A stretch of 27,085 nucleotides of DNA from Geosiphon pyriformis uo1 (GCA_016748015.1 JAAOMT010000226.1:1299381-1326465); one strand, 5' to 3'; positions 11,761-23,559 are shown, numbered from the stretch's first letter. Program-made: numbers and translations. The notes: generated by a model not told the origin, from the letters alone.

Positions 11761-12154
11761 ATAAAAAATTGACTTATTATAATATTATGTTTGATTTTTT
11801 TATTGTTTTTATTATTGTTATTTAATAAATATATTTTAATTATTATTTATTATAATACAATTATAAAAAAATTTAAAATAAATATAGTTTATATTTTTTA
11901 TATATAATTAATATATTAAAATCAGTTTTTTTTATAAATAATAAAGCTTTAATTTTTTTGTTGGTTTTATAATATTGATATTTAATATTACAGATAATTA
12001 AAAAAAATATTGGTTTTTTTTTTTTTTTATTATGCTTTTAATGAGTGAAGCCCAACCACTATCTAGTACATAGAACCAAACTAAGAGGCTCAAACTAAAT
12101 GCAGCTCACACATTTTCTACATGTGACTAGCCACTCAGGCCAGACAAGGCAATA

Positions 12155-15100
12155 CTACACACTAATACTAACACACAGACTACTATCCAAACCAGAGAAA
12201 AAAAAACAAGACCTGCGATGGCCAAAACTAACAACAAAAGAGTCAGCAACACTGAGCATTCTTACTACCTTATCAGATAACAAAGAACCCAAGTAGTAAG
12301 ACAAACCTGAAAACAAACTATTATCTCCAACCAAACCAGCTTTCTCTATTCTCACCCTAAATGCCGACCTCACCAATTAGGCCTTAGAGCGATGCAGTTC
12401 AACTAAACACTCAACAAAGCCAACCACAGCACCAACAGTCTCCTTTCTATCATTAAAAATTCCCACAGCTTCAGCATACCATTCCCTTAGCACAAACCCT
12501 TTACACAAGACTGAATACAATTCAACATTCACAGAACACCAACCAAGAGATCGCAAAACAACAAAAGGCAACAAGCCATAAAGACTGACTATGAAAAGCC
12601 AATCTGTGGATGCTGCAGCCAAAACTTCCTCATGAATCTCCACATCATGAGAACATATGAAAACATGATTTGGTAACTCCACCTTACAACACAGTAAGCA
12701 AAGCACATTAGAGTAAGACCTATCATATAACTATTTTCTAACCATCACAGGAAGCTGTCGATGTACAGTCTTTATCAGGTACGTGTGAAGACAGGAAGAC
12801 CTCTGACTAGTAAAACCAGCAAGTATATGCAAATCAGGATGCCATACTCTAGTGGTAGCACCCCAATCTACAGCCTTAATTAGCACCTCAGGAAGCACAT
12901 CATGGCTAGATCTCACTTTCTATTGTGCACGACAAATAGATCTATACAAATCCCAAACAAAATGACGAGCATTGCCAGACACTGATGTGTTCTCAGCTAC
13001 CAAAAATTGCTCCCAGATACTGACAGGCAAAGACAGATGAGAAAAAGCAGTGTCACCAGTAGCAGCTTCAGCCTTAACATTGCCAAGAATCCCAGAATGT
13101 CCCTTAACCTTAATCCATCATACAGAAAAATTCTTCTCATAAATTAAATTAAAAATCTGGCATCTTTCCAACCAACAAGAGGAGCAAAAATCAGGCGCAA
13201 ACAATAACATCTCAGAAACACACACATTAATAGCTGCCTGGCTGTCAGTATGCACGACCACTATACAAGAAGATAGAACACACTCCAAAGACAAAGCAAT
13301 GGCTTGCAGTTTGGCCATAGTAGAAGACAGCAGATCATGAACCCTAACACTAATACTCAAATCAATAGTAAGAAAATAAGCAGCCACACTACCAGCAACA
13401 TTAGCATGACCAAAATTTTTTAATGAGCCATCTGTAAAGACCTCAAACAAGTCAGACCAGATCTCATGCAGCCCACCAAGAATCACAGAAAAATTCTTGG
13501 AATCCAGAACATTCAAACCAGAAACACAAGTAGACTCCGCAAAACTGGCCAATGAGATGCCAGCATCACAAAAAAAATCAGACACAACCCTAAACCAGTG
13601 AGAAACAAGACCCCTTGAATCCAATCTCTTTCAGGATCTAAAAGTCATCTAATTTATAATGTATCCCTTTCTATTAAACAATCTATCACCAAAAGCCACA
13701 CCAAAATGCATTAATGAATGAACAGAATTGAAGTGCAGAGAACTCCCCAGAATAGAAGACACAGGAAAACTACCAGGACTGCAAAATGCATTGGGCAAGC
13801 CATTTGACAAAAACAACTCATTGCACAAAAGAATCTTAACCACACCAGCCAGAAAATTGTTCACAGGACTAACACGCAACTTAACAGAAAACTGCAAAGG
13901 ATTCAAAGGAGACTACCCCAGAACCTGCAAATCGAGACATCTGTGCTCAAACAATTGGCCAAGCACTCTGGAAGAATTGGAAAATGAAATCAAGACAGCC
14001 AACTTCCCTTCAGACTGCACCTGCTCAAAAGACTTCAGACTATATAAAGATGGATGACATAGAGTCTTACTAGGGAAGTCACAAAATAAACCAGCCTTAG
14101 ACTTAAGCCTCTTCTTCAATATTACATTCTATTTGCAGCAAATATTTGACAAAACAAAACTGAACTGAGTGTGATAGCTGACAATAGACTACAAGACAGC
14201 TGACATCAAATACAAAAACTGTTTATCAATAATAGCTTTCCTGAAAACCACATAGCAAAGAAATGAACATCAAAATGAGCCTTGGCCATGCTCAGCTTTA
14301 AAAGTCTCTTAGTAAACAAAAAAATTCCCAGATAACAATGAGCTTCACCCTTTTTGGCTATCAAAATAAGCAGACCACTAACACTCAAAGAAGCAACTCT
14401 AACATCCAAATTAATTGGAATGGCCATGGTTTTCTTATTGTTAATGGAAATGTTATTGACAACAAAAAACTCACTTGCAATGTCCAAAATATTCTGAGTA
14501 GCAGCTTGACAGTTCCCAACTCAAATTGTATCATCAATGAAAGCACCAGCCACAAAATAAGAAAACAACCCACCATTGCTCTCAATCCAACCTGATTTCG
14601 AAACAAACTTAGAACATATCCAGTACCCAAAAAACTGTTTATGTCTCTTGACTTCACATAGAAGTAGATCGTAAAAAATCCTCCACAAAAGTGGTGAGAA
14701 GATTTTACCTTGATCTAAACCATCGCAAACACAATATCTATCAGAGAAACCAAAATCAGTCATCACCTTGTTGAATTTACTCTTGTGTATATTACCAAAA
14801 AATTTGATGAACTTGTTACACATCTTAATTCTCTGTAAGCTAGCCCTCAAATGATGTCACCCAACAGAATCATATGCTTTTTGCATGTCTTGCAGGACCA
14901 GCCAAAGTTCCCTATTCTTCTCGAGAGCGTTCTTTACAACTGTCCCAATAGCAAACACCAGAGACTGTGTGGATGTGCCATTCAATACCAAAAAATTGTT
15001 ACCATAGAGAACACTAAACTTACTATACATGAATAAAATCTGATTAGACAAAACCTTAGAAAGAATCTTCTTGGCAGTTTCGATTAGAGTAATAGAATGT

Positions 15101-16845
15101 GTGTTTGTAAGAACACCATCCCAATTATATGGCTTAAGAATCATTAACACCCAGGCCTTTTGCCAAAAAACAAGCACCCTGCCAGCAGACAAGCAAGCAT
15201 TCAGCAAAGTCAACAGACAACTCAAAGCCACCTTACCACCATGCTTCCACAGTTCATTAGGAATACCAGACAGACCAGCAGCTTTGCCATTAGGCAGACC
15301 ACCCACCACCAAAAGCAACTCCTCTATACCAATCTCTTTCATGACACCAGAAAAAGTCTTGTCTTTTACATAATCCAATGGCATGTACTGGTGGACCCAG
15401 CAATCAGGCAACAATAGAGGTATAGTGTACACTCTTGTCCACCCCACCATAATTTCATCCACCTTAGATTTCATCTCCTTGGGCTCCAAAACCAAGTTAA
15501 CATCAACCACCAAATGGTCAAGGACCACCTTGCAAAAAGGCCAGTCCAAAACACTTCTGATTATGCTATCTTTATTAGAAGCAAAACTCTCTATGCACTT
15601 GTCTATAGCATTCCAAATAGACACCTCTTCAGCCAATCTTGACTCAAACATTTTTGATTTCCTATACTCTTTGCAAACTAATGACAAGTGTTTAAAAAGA
15701 ACCACACTATTCCTACCCAAGATAACCAAGTCAGAAAAAACGCAAGCTTTGGCTTCATCCAAAGTGAACCATTTTCTTACAAAACAATCAACTCCAAGCA
15801 TGTCACCAGAACAAATCTTACTAACAATCTTGGCAATAAGCAATTCAAGCCCAAAGAACTTTGAAGAATGCCTATTTCTAGAGCACTAAAATTTACTAAA
15901 CCAATGTTTCGAAAAAACCTCATCAGCTGAATCAACTATTTCTCTTTTCAAAATTGCCCATATAGTATCCAAATCACCACCAGCTTTGGCATCAGAGAAG
16001 AGGTCTCTGACCAACTGAAGCCTAGCTGAAACACAATCCTTAAACTTAGTCCACTTGGCAACATCCGTATCTTTAATCCTGAACTTTCAACAATCTTTGT
16101 TAGCCTGCTTGCACAAACTATTCAACTGAACATCCAAGAGCCTACTCAAACCAACCAACACCATAACAGCACTGTAATCTATATCAAAAAATTCAGAAAC
16201 AAACCCAATACAATGCTTAGCAACAGCAAAAGACAGATTTTCACCAACTAAAATGTAATCAATAGTCTTTTCAACTTCCCTCAAATTGCACCATATAGGC
16301 ACCCCAGCCAAATGATGGCCAGTAAAAAAATTAATCAGACTCAAACCCAAGCAAAACCTGTAACTTGTGCTCCTCCCAGACCCGTTTTTATTGAAATTTC
16401 CACCCAATATAATGAAAGTGCTGGTATTAACAGTCTTGGCAATGATAGAATTAACCTCAGATGCCTGACCAAAATGAACACCAAAAGAAGCACCAGCATA
16501 CAAACTGAGCACAGTCACTGAGAGCTTGTCTTTAAACAATAGTCACACAAAAACAATCCGACCAGGAATCTCATCAATCTTAGAAACATGGTGAGCCAAA
16601 GAATTATTCATGATCACAGCAACACTGGCACCAAAATAACCAACATCCAAACCAGAAGTAAAAATCTGAACTCCATCAAACTTATTCTTGATCCATGGTC
16701 CAGCAGAAAACCTCAACTTTGTTTCAGTAACAAAAGAAACCATATTCCCAGAACTTACATGCCAACAAACAATGTCTGTTTGCTTAGCAGGAACATTGAT
16801 ACCTCAAACATTGCACATTGCAAATTTCCAAACCAAATTGCTCAT
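12155..16845 (-). pseudogene. LINE ORF2: APE endonuclease, reverse transcriptase, RNase H, Cys/His C-terminus; many nonsense mutations
   Basis: MSNLVWKFAMCNV*GIN..VTETKL..LGGNFN..KTIDYIL (APE); GKAAGLSGIPNELWK..LQDMQKAYDSVG..GLDQGKIFSPLLW..AFIDDT..YLGI (RT); VFTDGS..HTDSQ..*IKVKGHSGILGN (RNase H); CLLCCKVELPNHVFIC. Confidence 0.93.
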
Positions 16846-18788
16846 TGGGATGGAAAATGAACAGAAGAGTCCGAATTAGAACACAAGAGATCCAATCTCA
16901 CCAGAACTGAACTGATAGAAGTCTCCAAAGCAGACATCTTAGATTCTAAACCACCTACTTTAGAGGTAAGAACCTTTGAGCTGCTAGAACTAAGAACAAT
17001 AGCAGATTCATTAGCACCAGAAAAAGAAGGAACAAACAAAGTCAATCCACTATTTAGAGCCATATCTGAATTCTCAACCAAACCTACATATGCAAAAACA
17101 GCTGGAGGAGAAATACAAGAAAGAGGCACCAATGGCACCAATTTAACAAAGCTCAGTTTTTTCATAATACTGGAAATCTGATTGGCTAAGAGCTCTAAAA
17201 AGTGTTCCAAAGATGCCAAACAATCACCCAAATCAGAGATATCAAGAGACCCAGAGACCATTAAAAGAGGTTTTACACCCAGAATTAAACCAACACCAGA
17301 AGTGACTGAAGAAGCCACACAAGAGGAAGAGTTGCCAGTGATCTGGGCCCATGTTTTACCACCAAAGGAAACTGAATGGGTAATGAGAGCATGCTTCTTC
17401 CTATATATATTAGCCAGACAAACCCAATCTTGAGAGGTAATCACATGCTTGCCATGACCACCAGAATTCTCACCCACAGAACAGACACCAGAAACATGAC
17501 CAAACTGTTTACATGTCACACAACAGGCCAGAAAAAGACCAGCCCAATGCAAACCCACACCCTTGAAGATCAGAGCCGAACCAATAGCAGCCAATTTGGA
17601 TGCTTCATTAACAAAACAAATGACAGCACACCTATCACAAACATACATAACCAGATTATGGCTAATAACACAGATCTTCTCACCATATGAATCCAACAGA
17701 CCAGAAAGATCATGAACAGTAGTGCCAACTGGAAGAGTATAAAGCAATGCCTGATGCTGATCTCTGGATACCCACGCTTGTTTATCACTGATTGTCTTTG
17801 CCATACAAACAGAATCTTTTTCCACAAGCACAGACTATCTAGCTACAACCAAATCAGCCATCTCAGATGATTCATATTCCACCAGGGCCTTTTGCCAAAG
17901 ACCAACAAGCTGCAACTTAACAGAAATAATCTTACCAAACTTGGAAAACACTGCCTCAATCGCTGATCTGAGAAGATCCACTAAGATCTCCCTGACAATT
18001 ACTTCCCGATCTGAACAACTGTTTACCTTCCTGATATTATCATTAACAAGAATCTTTTCATTAATTGCCATTTCCTTAACCTTTTTTAAACTCAACTCTG
18101 AAGTAAAAAACAATTTTATTATGCCTGGAAATTTTGAGAAAGTTGACACCTCCCCAAAACCATCAATCTGATAAAAAATTTTTTTTATTGCCATCAACTT
18201 ATTAACATTTGTTTTGCCAGTAACAGCTGACACTTCAATATCCAATGTGAATGATTTTGTTGAATTAAAACTCCGTTTTATCATGGCACGTAATTTGAGC
18301 AGCAGCAACTGATTGGACTCACCACTCACACGAAAAGGAAGTTCCAACACACCATCATCATCACTCATATGTTTAAACACAGACTGCTTTGGCAGGTTGT
18401 CTAGTGCACATGTTCGTGTGCAAGTCCTCTTTGGTGTTGCTTCATCTATGTCATCATTCTCACCTGATCCAGCATAACAGGCTTCTTCGGCTACTGTGGT
18501 CTCCACATACTCAGCATCCGAAAGATCACTCACACTGCTAGAAACACTACCAACCTCACTTCCCCAGAACACCACAGACTTGGCACCAGTACCTCCAACA
18601 TTCTCCAGGCTCAGAGAGCCAGCAGACAAGTTGACCACATTACTGGCTGCAAACTTTTTCAGCTTCTTGAATAATGGACCACGAGAATAAATACTATCTA
18701 TACAAGCTTTCTTCTTACCACCAGACTGAATTCTCAACCTAGCTGAACCAGCACCAGAACCACTGGCAGAAGAGTCTTCCAGTTTTAT
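16842..18788 (-). pseudogene. LINE ORF1 (RRM-like region, CCHC knuckle, C-terminal coiled coil), one in-frame stop near 17835
   Basis: VFSKFGKIISVKLQLVGLWQKALVEYES (RRM-like); CVTCKQFGHVSGVC (CX2CX4HX4C); KVGGLESKMSALETSISSVLVRLDLL. The start is inferred as ATG GAA mutated to ATA AAA at 18788; an alternative ATG lies at 18887. Confidence 0.85.
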
Positions 18789-18934
18789 AACAACAAATAA
18801 AGGCGTAGGAAGAAAAATAACTACAAAAACAAAGGGTAAAAGGTAAAAAAAAAAGCTATTTCTGTGACAAACTTTCTTTGCTCCCATTGTAGTCAGAGGA
18901 TTGACGAGAGAAAAAAGTTTTTTAATATTGGTTT

Positions 18935-21900
18935 ATAAATTAATATTTTTATATTGTTAATTAATCTAAAAGTTTTAAATAATTTAAAAGTTTTAATAAG
19001 TTAAATTTTTTATATAATGAACAAAAATTTATTAATAATAATTAACAATATTTAATATTTAACCTTTTTAATATAATAACTAATTTATTTTAGTATTTGT
19101 TTTTTTTAATAAGTAATTTAATAAATTAATTTTATATTTATTAAACAATATAATTTAATACTTTTTTTAATTAATTAATAATACAAAATATTATATATAT
19201 AAAAAAGAAATAATAAATAAAAATTAATATTTTATTAATAATTATAATTAAAAGTTATTGTTTTAATATTGTTAAAAATATTTAAATTAATATTAATATT
19301 TATTAATAATAAATAAATTTCAATAAAATAAATAGTAATTATAGAATTTAAATATTAAATAATCTAAATAATAATTTTATTTAAAAAAACATTTATTTTA
19401 AGTATTAAATTTCTAACTATTAAAGTTATTTAATAAATTAAATTGTATTTAATTGTATTTTTTTGTTTTTAATAATAATATTATATATATAAATTTTTCG
19501 AATTTTTAATAATTTTTACACTTTTTTTAAAATTTTTAAAATTTTTAAAATTCTTTATATTATATGATTTAATAATTTTTTACTATATTATTGACTAATT
19601 TTATGTTATATTAACTGTTATTTAATTTTCAAATTATTTTATAAATAATATTATGTTTTTTTTTAATATTAAATTTTAATAAAATTTACTTTTTTAAATA
19701 AACTTAATAATTTTTTTTTATAAAGTTAAAAATTTTTATTTTCAGTTTTTTAAATTGCAAATTGGTTATTTTTTCTAGTTAATTTATTTTAATATTTTTA
19801 TAACTGAATATAATGGTATTATATTATATTTTTAAAACATTAAGTATAATTGATATATGATTTTTAAGTAGATAATTAACTGCTTTTTTTAATAAAATAT
19901 TTTATTTATTGTATTATTGTTTTGTCAAATACTCTTTTGAATTTTGTTAATATATAAAATTTAAATATTTAGTTATTGTTTTAAGTAATAATAACAATAT
20001 ATTATTAGAAATTGTTTTTTTTTTTAATTTTTTTAATTGTTTTTTATTAATTTTTTAATTTAAATTATTATTAGTAAGTTTTTAAAAGTTTTTTTTACTT
20101 TTAACAATTTTTTACATAATTATTAGATTATATTATTTGTTTTTTTTTAAGTATTTTTATAACAATTTTTTTGGCTATTAATTATTATTTTTATGTCTAA
20201 TTTTTTATTTTTTAATATTTAAAACAGTTATTAAGCATTTAAATAAATATTGTTTGTAATTTTTATTTTTATTGATTATTTTATTATATTTTAATAATAT
20301 TTATATACTTTTTTAATTTTATAATATATTAGTTTTACTAATAATAATTGGTTCTAAATCTTATAAAATTTTATCTAATTTTATTAATATTTTTTATATT
20401 TTTAATTATAATATATATAATGTTTTAATATAATATAGTTTTAGTTAATTATTATGTATTGCTTTAATTAATTATAATTTATATGTTTTATTTCTAAGTA
20501 TTTCTTTAATATAAATTTTCTATTTTTATTTTGGTATGATATAATAATACTTTGTTAATTTTAATTTTAATTGGTTTATTTAGTAATTAATTATTATGTT
20601 TTTTTTATGTTTTAATATTGTTAACTGTTTATTTTTTTTTGTTTTAATGTTTTTATTAAGTTAAATTTTTGTTTTAATAGTGTTTTTTTATAACTTTAGT
20701 TATTAATTTAATTAAATATATTATTTTTATTTTAACTAATAATATTGTTATTTTATTATATATTAATTAAATCAATTTTAATTTAATTAAATAATTGTTT
20801 TATTTTAATTGGTTTTAGTAGTTTATTTAATCTTATTTCTTTTTTTTTGCCAAATATTACAATTTTGTATTTATTAGATTATATTTAAATATTTAGTTAA
20901 TTAATAATATAATTTTTTGGTTTTTTTAATTATTACTTTGCAATTAAAATATTTTGTTGTTAAGTTTAAATATATATTGAACAAAATTGTTTTTTTTGTT
21001 TTATTATTATTTTCAATAAATTGTTTAACTCTTATTAATTTTTTTAATATAATATATTTTAATAAATAAAATAGTATCTAAATTAATATATTTTATTTTG
21101 TTTATTTTAAGACAATTTTTTTAAATTACTAAATATTAATATAATATAATTATTAATAAATTTACTTATTTATTTTGTGTTTTTGTAATATATAATTAGT
21201 GTTTTTTATTCTTATTTTATTTATAATAAGTTATTAATATTTTTGTTTTTGTTTTTTTTTATAATAAAATTTATATTTAAATAACAAAAATACTGTTTTT
21301 TATTTAATATTTTTATTATTTACCAATTTTTTTTGTAATAATATTAAACTTTTGTAATTAATATAAATATTAAATTATTTTTTAAAATATTTATTTTATT
21401 TTATAATTGTTTAATAAATTGTTAAATATTCTAATACTAAAATTTTATAGTTTTATTTAGCTAAACTTAAGTTTTTGTTAACATATATTATTAAAATGCT
21501 CTTATTTATCTGGTTTTTATTGTAATATTATTATTTTTAATACTGTTTTAAATATATTAATTACAATTATGAACAATTTATTATAGTCAGATTAAAACTA
21601 AAGCTTTAATTAGCTTTTGTTTTAACTTTTTAAAAGCTTTTTGTGTATATTTATTTATTTATAATTGGTATTTTTGTTTACAATTAATAAAACAGCTAAG
21701 TAATTATTAAAAAGTTTAGATAAATTGTTAATAATATTCAGTTAGTTTCAGAAATTTTTTTAGTTCTATTAAATTTTTAAATTTTATAAAATTTTTTATT
21801 TTTTTGAATTAGTTTTAATATTATTTTTTCTATAATATATTTTAAAAACTTAAATTTTGTTTTTTTAAAAGAATATTTGTTGGTATTAAGTTTTAATTTA

Positions 21901-22570
21901 ACTTTTTAAAACTGTTTAAATATTTATTGTACATATACTTAATAAAAAAAAGTTATAAAACACTTAATAATATTATTATTTTGTGTTTTATAAATAATAA
22001 AAATATTTATAAAAATTTATTTATAATTATATTAGCTATTTATAAATAACAAAAATGTATTAAAATAATAATTATTAATTAAAACAAAGATATAATTAAC
22101 AATATTTAATTCATGTTTTTTTATTAACTTAAACTTTTTTGAAATTTTTTTTTAATAAACATAAATATTTAAAAATCTAAAATTTAATATTAAAATTTGA
22201 ATGATTTAAAACCATTTTAATTTACTTTTTAAATAACCAATACAATTATCCAATTTGAATCTAATAAAGTATTTATAAGATTATTTACAAAAACAACTCA
22301 AAAAATAAAATTTATATTTCAAAATTTATTTCTTATATTACAAGAAAAATAACAAGTAATTTCATATAAATTTAATTAATAGTGTATTTAAACATATTAA
22401 AAAATGTATTAAAAAAAAGAATAAATTAATTAGTTATTAAGTATTAAATAAAATAAAAAGTTAAAAAAACAATAAAATATTTTATGATTTTTTTCTGTAA
22501 AGTATAGTAAAAATATTTATTAAAATCTTTTAAAACATGTTAATATTATTAAATAATTAATTATTAATTA
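18935..22570. other. Extreme AT-rich block (~9% GC), at least partly hypermutated TE remnants
   Basis: Hand count 20041-20640: 54 G+C in 600 nt, no CpG. Contains the Gypsy pol remnant. Confidence 0.85.
20390..21930 (-). mobile_element. Hypermutated remnant of a Ty3/Gypsy pol (RT C-terminus, RNase H, integrase HHCC and C-terminal region)
   Basis: LKLNTNKYSFKKTKFKFLKYII (cf. LKLN..KC.FG..E..FLGH.I); KNLIELKKFLKLTEYY*QF at 21778-21722 (cf. ELRGFLGLTGYYR.F); YVNKNLSLAK*NYKILVLEYLTIY*TI (cf. YASRSL..AE.NY...LE.LAI.WA); FNIYINYKSL (cf. YTDHKSL); TTKYFN..LYY*L..NCNIWQ (integrase Zn finger); KPIKIKQLFN*IKIDL (cf. PF.RIGIDL). Order is RT-RH-IN. Confidence 0.88.
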
Positions 22571-22685
22571 TTGAAAAATTGCCAGTATTACCTGAGTAGA
22601 AAAACCAAAAAGCTATGAGAAAATGTAACAAAAAAACATGACAAGAAAAACACAGTATAACTCGAGGTAATATAGAATAAACACA

Positions 22686-22745
22686 AGCAATAGCTAGTAA
22701 TAATAAGCAATAGCTAGCAATAATGAGCAATAGCTAGCAATAGTA
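22686..22745 (+). repeat. 3 x 20-bp tandem repeat (AGCAATAGCTAGCAATAATR) in the LTR
   Basis: agcaatagctagtaataata / agcaatagctagcaataatg / agcaatagctagcaatagta. Confidence 0.92.
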
Positions 22746-23072
22746 AAACAATTGAAAACAATCCTATAAAACCAAAAGAATGTATAAAAGCAAGTAGTTG
22801 TAGAAGTTGAAAAGACAGTTAGTTAGCAATCAATTTTACTTGGTATTATACTTATCATATATCCATAGTCCAAAATACAATAAATATCAAAACCAAAAAA
22901 AAAAGAAATCTAATTTACCAATTTATGTTCTCCAATATTACAGATTTCAATTAAAAAAATCAAAATCAGTATTTTTTACCTTTGTTTCAGAACAGATGTC
23001 ATTAGCATAAACACCTCAAACTGTAACAATTTGGACCAATCACTCTTGATCACAGTGATTGATGGGAACTAA

Positions 23073-23153
23073 TTCTTTTTCTTTCTTTTCTTTTTCTTTT
23101 CTTTTTCTTTTCTTTTCTTTTTCTTTTTTTATTTTTCTTTTCTTTCTTCTTTT
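23073..23153 (+). repeat. Polypyrimidine (TTTTC)n-like tract in the LTR
   Basis: About 80 nt almost entirely T/C. Confidence 0.9.
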
Positions 23154-23540
23154 GTTTGGAGTGGCAACATAAGAAAATCAACTGTCTTGGAATAGATTTT
23201 ATGATAGCCTGGTAAAAAAAGGAAGCTCCTCCTAAGTTTTGGATATTAACATTATCTTAGTAGCTTACTAGAAGGGCGAAAAGACAACACTGGACCCTAA
23301 TGACTGTGCTTATTAGCACAAAAAAGAAAGCCCACATTTGCGAAAAACATTGCAATTGACAAAAAACAAACTCTGTGCCTTATAACCAAAAAACTCAATG
23401 GGTAAATTTACATCCAAAAATAGATTTTTAGAGACTGATAACACTGATACAGTGGAAAAAGCAGACAATCTTGAAAGATAACCCTAAAAATAAAGCACCA
23501 AACATTATCATCATACTCTATCCAATTTATTTGTAACATT

Positions 23541-23557
23541 TGGTGCTTTTTGTGAGG
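23541..23557 (+). promoter_or_regulatory. Primer-binding site TGGTGCTTTTTGTGAGG
   Basis: Lies right after the LTR end. The pattern TGGTGC....GTGAGG resembles the complement of elongator Met or Ile(UAU) tRNA 3' ends; the tRNA identity is not established. Confidence 0.75.
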
Positions 23558-23559
23558 TT

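Larger units (their letters stand above)
12014..18923 (-). mobile_element. Full-length (~6.9 kb) non-LTR retrotransposon (ORF1 + APE-RT-RNase H ORF2), poly(A) tail, 11-bp TSD AATATTGGTTT
   Basis: Poly(T) 12014-12028; identical AATATTGGTTT at 12006-12016 and 18924-18934; all domains in order; sharp GC step at both ends. Confidence 0.95.
22580..23538 (+). repeat. Putative 5' LTR (5' boundary uncertain, 22572-22624)
   Basis: Ends ...TGTAACA two bases before the PBS; TGTAACA also occurs at 22624 and 23022. No second LTR is in the window to confirm it. Confidence 0.6.

Noticed and set aside
10125-11780. TSD for the 10.1-11.8 kb LINE copy
   Set aside because: Only a weak match (aaaaactctcttatt vs aaaaattgacttatt) in AT-rich sequence.
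12075-12145. tRNA-Ser(AGA)-like fold in the LINE 3' UTR (TGGCCTGAGTGG..CACAT-GTAGAAA-ATGTG..GTTTGAGCC)
   Set aside because: No acceptor stem; the other three copies do not keep the anticodon loop or B-box and instead support different 8-bp stems.
12099-18690. Plus-strand ORFs over the full-length LINE (e.g. 13728-14057, 15383-15889, 17376-17690)
   Set aside because: Antisense shadows of LINE ORF1/ORF2 with no recognisable domains.
21940-22570. Continuation of the Gypsy RT (YxDD region) in the AT block
   Set aside because: I could not decode RT motifs here on either strand; left unassigned.
22686-22745. CRISPR-like array
   Set aside because: Contiguous 20-bp units without spacers, inside a eukaryotic LTR.
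22807-23010. 67-aa ORF in the LTR
   Set aside because: Non-ATG start, AT-biased composition, no domain.
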